This document shows positions 61,151-64,000 of a stretch of DNA of 64,000 nt, piece by piece. The stretch comes from Octopus sinensis (lineage: Eukaryota): NCBI RefSeq assembly GCF_006345805.1, contig NC_043014.1, forward strand, positions 39,804,001 to 39,868,000, written 5' to 3'. Positions within the stretch are counted from its first letter, which is position 1, and each line of letters begins with the position of its first letter. The position numbers were made by a program, and so were the translations under genes. The notes under the pieces were generated by a model. The model searched no databases and had not been told where the DNA came from. It was given only the letters and a program-made list of their open reading frames with translations.

Positions 61151-61786
61151 ATGACAGCAGTTATATGCAATATAAAACTAAAAAAGAGAAATTCAGTTGT
61201 CACTAACTGTGCTAGAAATAAGAGTTAGAAACCCTTATAGCCACAAGAAAGCACATTTTCATATATTGACAGGGGAGATAACTGCCCCACAGGGACACTT
61301 GATCACTATACTAGTTTTGCGTGAAAATTAAAATTTACATATATATATATATATATATATATATGAAACTCAGTCACTTTACCTCTACTGCTTTTATTGA
61401 CAATAAAATTATTTCACTCCATACAAACATTGCATAAATGCAATGCTTTTTAATTAACTGTTAGAAAAATCTATGAAGAGGTTTATCAAAGAATAAATCA
61501 AATATAATCTGATACATGGGAATATATGCATGTAAACTGGGGGAAAAAATGTGTACATGCAATTGTTCTGAGTTGATACAAGAAAAGGGATGACTTTTTT
61601 TAGTATAGAAGAGAGAGAGAGTTGGAAAAGTGTTCTGAATGATCCTTTAATGGCATTGGTGCAAGAGCAGAACTTGAAAAGAGCCTTAGAAAGTAAAAGA
61701 ACTGGTAAGGAGATGATAACAAGGAAAATTATGAAGTCATATTTCAACGTTCTATGGAGAGACTACAAAATCAGTTGTTAATAATT

Positions 61787-62182
61787 TCTATATATAAAGC
61801 TGAAGTTGTCTGTGTATGGCAGGTTTGGTAGCCTTCAACTAACACTATCTCCTCCGAGACCCTGCGGTGCAGGTTGACCAAAATTGAGAGTATGATAGAA
61901 GAAGGCTTGCTCTTCATTCCGTAGAAGATAAAATTCAAATTGGACCATGTTAACATCAAAAATTATTTACATCAAAAAGGTGCTTTTTTTCTACGAAAAT
62001 CCCTATTTTTAATGATTTTTTTTTTACTGCTGTGTCGCCATTTTTCGGTGTATTTCAACCAGAGAAATGTTCACTTGAAGAGAATAACAAGTTACATAAT
62101 GCAAAATTTTTAATTTTCAAAAATTCCAATTCTAAAGGGTCGGAGGGAAACAAACCTAAGCAATGCTGGGCGATACTGCTAG
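61787..62182 (+). mobile_element. Non-autonomous Helitron-like element
   Basis: 5' TCTATATATAAAGCTG and 3' GATACTGCTAG followed by T; a second copy in opposite orientation at 11664-12052. Confidence 0.6.
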
Positions 62183-64000
62183 TAATTTCTATTTGTAAAC
62201 CAATGATATTTTGCCACCAAAAAGTGAACCAAACTTAATCATCAGCATAAATATATTATGGTAAAAGGTGGTAGGCTGGCAGAATCGTTACTCTACTGGG
62301 CAAAATGCTTGGCAGCATTTCTTCTGGCTTTACAATCTAAGTTTAAAATACAACAGAGATCAACTTTGCCAATCATACTTTCAAGGTTGATAAATAAGTA
62401 CCAGTTGATGACTGGAGTCAATGTAATTGACTCACCCCCAGCCCCCCAAAATTTTCCTGGCCTTGTACAAAAAAAAAAAAAAGAAGCAATTTTAATTATA
62501 TATAAATTCCAGACACATTACATACATCACTTGACAAAATGGTTGCTGTTTCCAAGTATGTGAGAGAAAAAAGGTGTGGTGCAGTCTGATATTGAAACTT
62601 AAGACGTTTCCTATGACTTACAAGACATACAAAGTTAAACTTGCATGAAAGACCAAGCATTTATGGCATTAGCAGAAGGAAGTACTGTTGGGAAAGGAGG
62701 AACAAGTGCAAGGCTATATAATTGTAACAAGAAAGGTCAATGCCTGTCCCCTACAAAAACACACACAGACACACACACACACCGTCAAATTGACAGCAAA
62801 TGCAGAAAGATACAAGACATGGTGAGGTCAAATCTGGAAATGTAGAGCCTTACAAGGTACCACAGAGGCTTGGGCCATGTTAAAGAAGGAAGAAGATATG
62901 GGATAATTTAATCCCTGTTACATGGTCATGGTTGGAGAGTTCAAGAGATCTACTCAGTTAAGGTTGACTTGTGACTAAATTAGCACAAATCCAGTTCATA
63001 AGAAGAGGTCTGATATTAAAATAAAATCTTAGTAAATGCTGCTGAAAAATATCTTCATACATAAGACATTAATATTGATCTGCCTTTAGCATCTAAACCA
63101 ACTGCCAGGCTCAAATATTCTTCTTGTTTTATGATCAAATCAGCCGGATCTAGCCTCTCATACTGATTCTACAATGTCATTCTAAAAATAAGCAATCATA
63201 TTTTTGAAACCTCAAAGCTATGAGATAATGCATAAATTCAAAATAATGAATAAATGTGCATTGTGTTTGACAGAGTATAATCTGAACATTAAAGGATTAA
63301 GTCTGTAAAATTGTTAATGAATGAGAAAAATGAATAATTAGATAAACTTAATCTAGTCAATTAAAATTCAAATATTCCTGAAAATTTCAAGTCTGTAGCT
63401 TAATTTTTTAAAAAAATTCATCTGTTTGATTTCTTTTATTTGTTTCAGTCATTTGACTGCGGCCATGCTGGAGCACCGCCTTTAGTCGAGCAAATCGACC
63501 CAGGGACTTATTCTTTGTAAGCCCAGTACTTATTCTATCGGTCTCTTTTTGCCGAACCGCTAAGTAACAGGGACGTAAACACACCAGCATCGGTTGTCAA
63601 GCAATGCTAGGGGGACAAACACAGACACACAAACATACACACATACATATATATATATACATATATAAGACAGGCCTCTTTCAGTTCCCGTCTACCAAAT
63701 CCACTCACAAGGCATTGGTCGGCCCGGGGCTATAGCAGAAGACACTTGCCCAAGATGCCACGCAGTGGGACTGAACCTGGAACCATGTGGTTGGTTAGCA
63801 AGCTACTTATCACACAGCCACTCCTGCGCCTATTTATTTTTATTTATTTCTAATTAATTAGAAAACTTGTACAACAAAAAGAAAAGACAAAGCCTATATC
63901 ATTTGTATTTAACCACTCCCTCGACTTTTTTAAAACCATTTTTCTTATTAAATATTCCTGTCTTGGTTTCAATTAATTTTGACAATAATGAAAAATTCAG

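Overview
This is AT-rich animal genomic DNA, most likely from an octopod cephalopod. That call comes from my recognition of the tRNA-derived SINE and RTE-LINE families and the very long (TA)n/(TATG)n microsatellites, not from a database search. The window holds two protein-coding genes arranged tail to tail, both Wnt-pathway components. (1) The 3' part of a DIXDC1/Dixin (Ccd1) orthologue on the + strand has 14 reconstructable coding exons between 886 and 33895, encoding about 450 aa of coiled coil plus a C-terminal DIX domain. One exon carries a 1-nt frameshift, and a 21-nt microexon is present in two tandem copies. (2) A complete Vangl/strabismus CDS lies on the - strand, complement(join(51441..51868,53551..54754)), 543 aa, with four TM helices and a C-terminal ETSV. 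The rest is intron, UTR or intergenic sequence full of mobile elements: two 5'-truncated RTE-clade LINEs sitting in (TA)n tracts, many RTE 3'-UTR fragments, at least four SINE families, a deleted mariner, piggyBac-like, Tc2-like and Helitron-like non-autonomous elements, foldback palindromes and local tandem duplications. I found no prokaryotic system, CRISPR array, rRNA or true tRNA gene. The most notable items are the TE-associated microexon duplication, the DIXDC1-VANGL linkage and the RTE targeting and nesting pattern. All are hypotheses to test, not established novelties.
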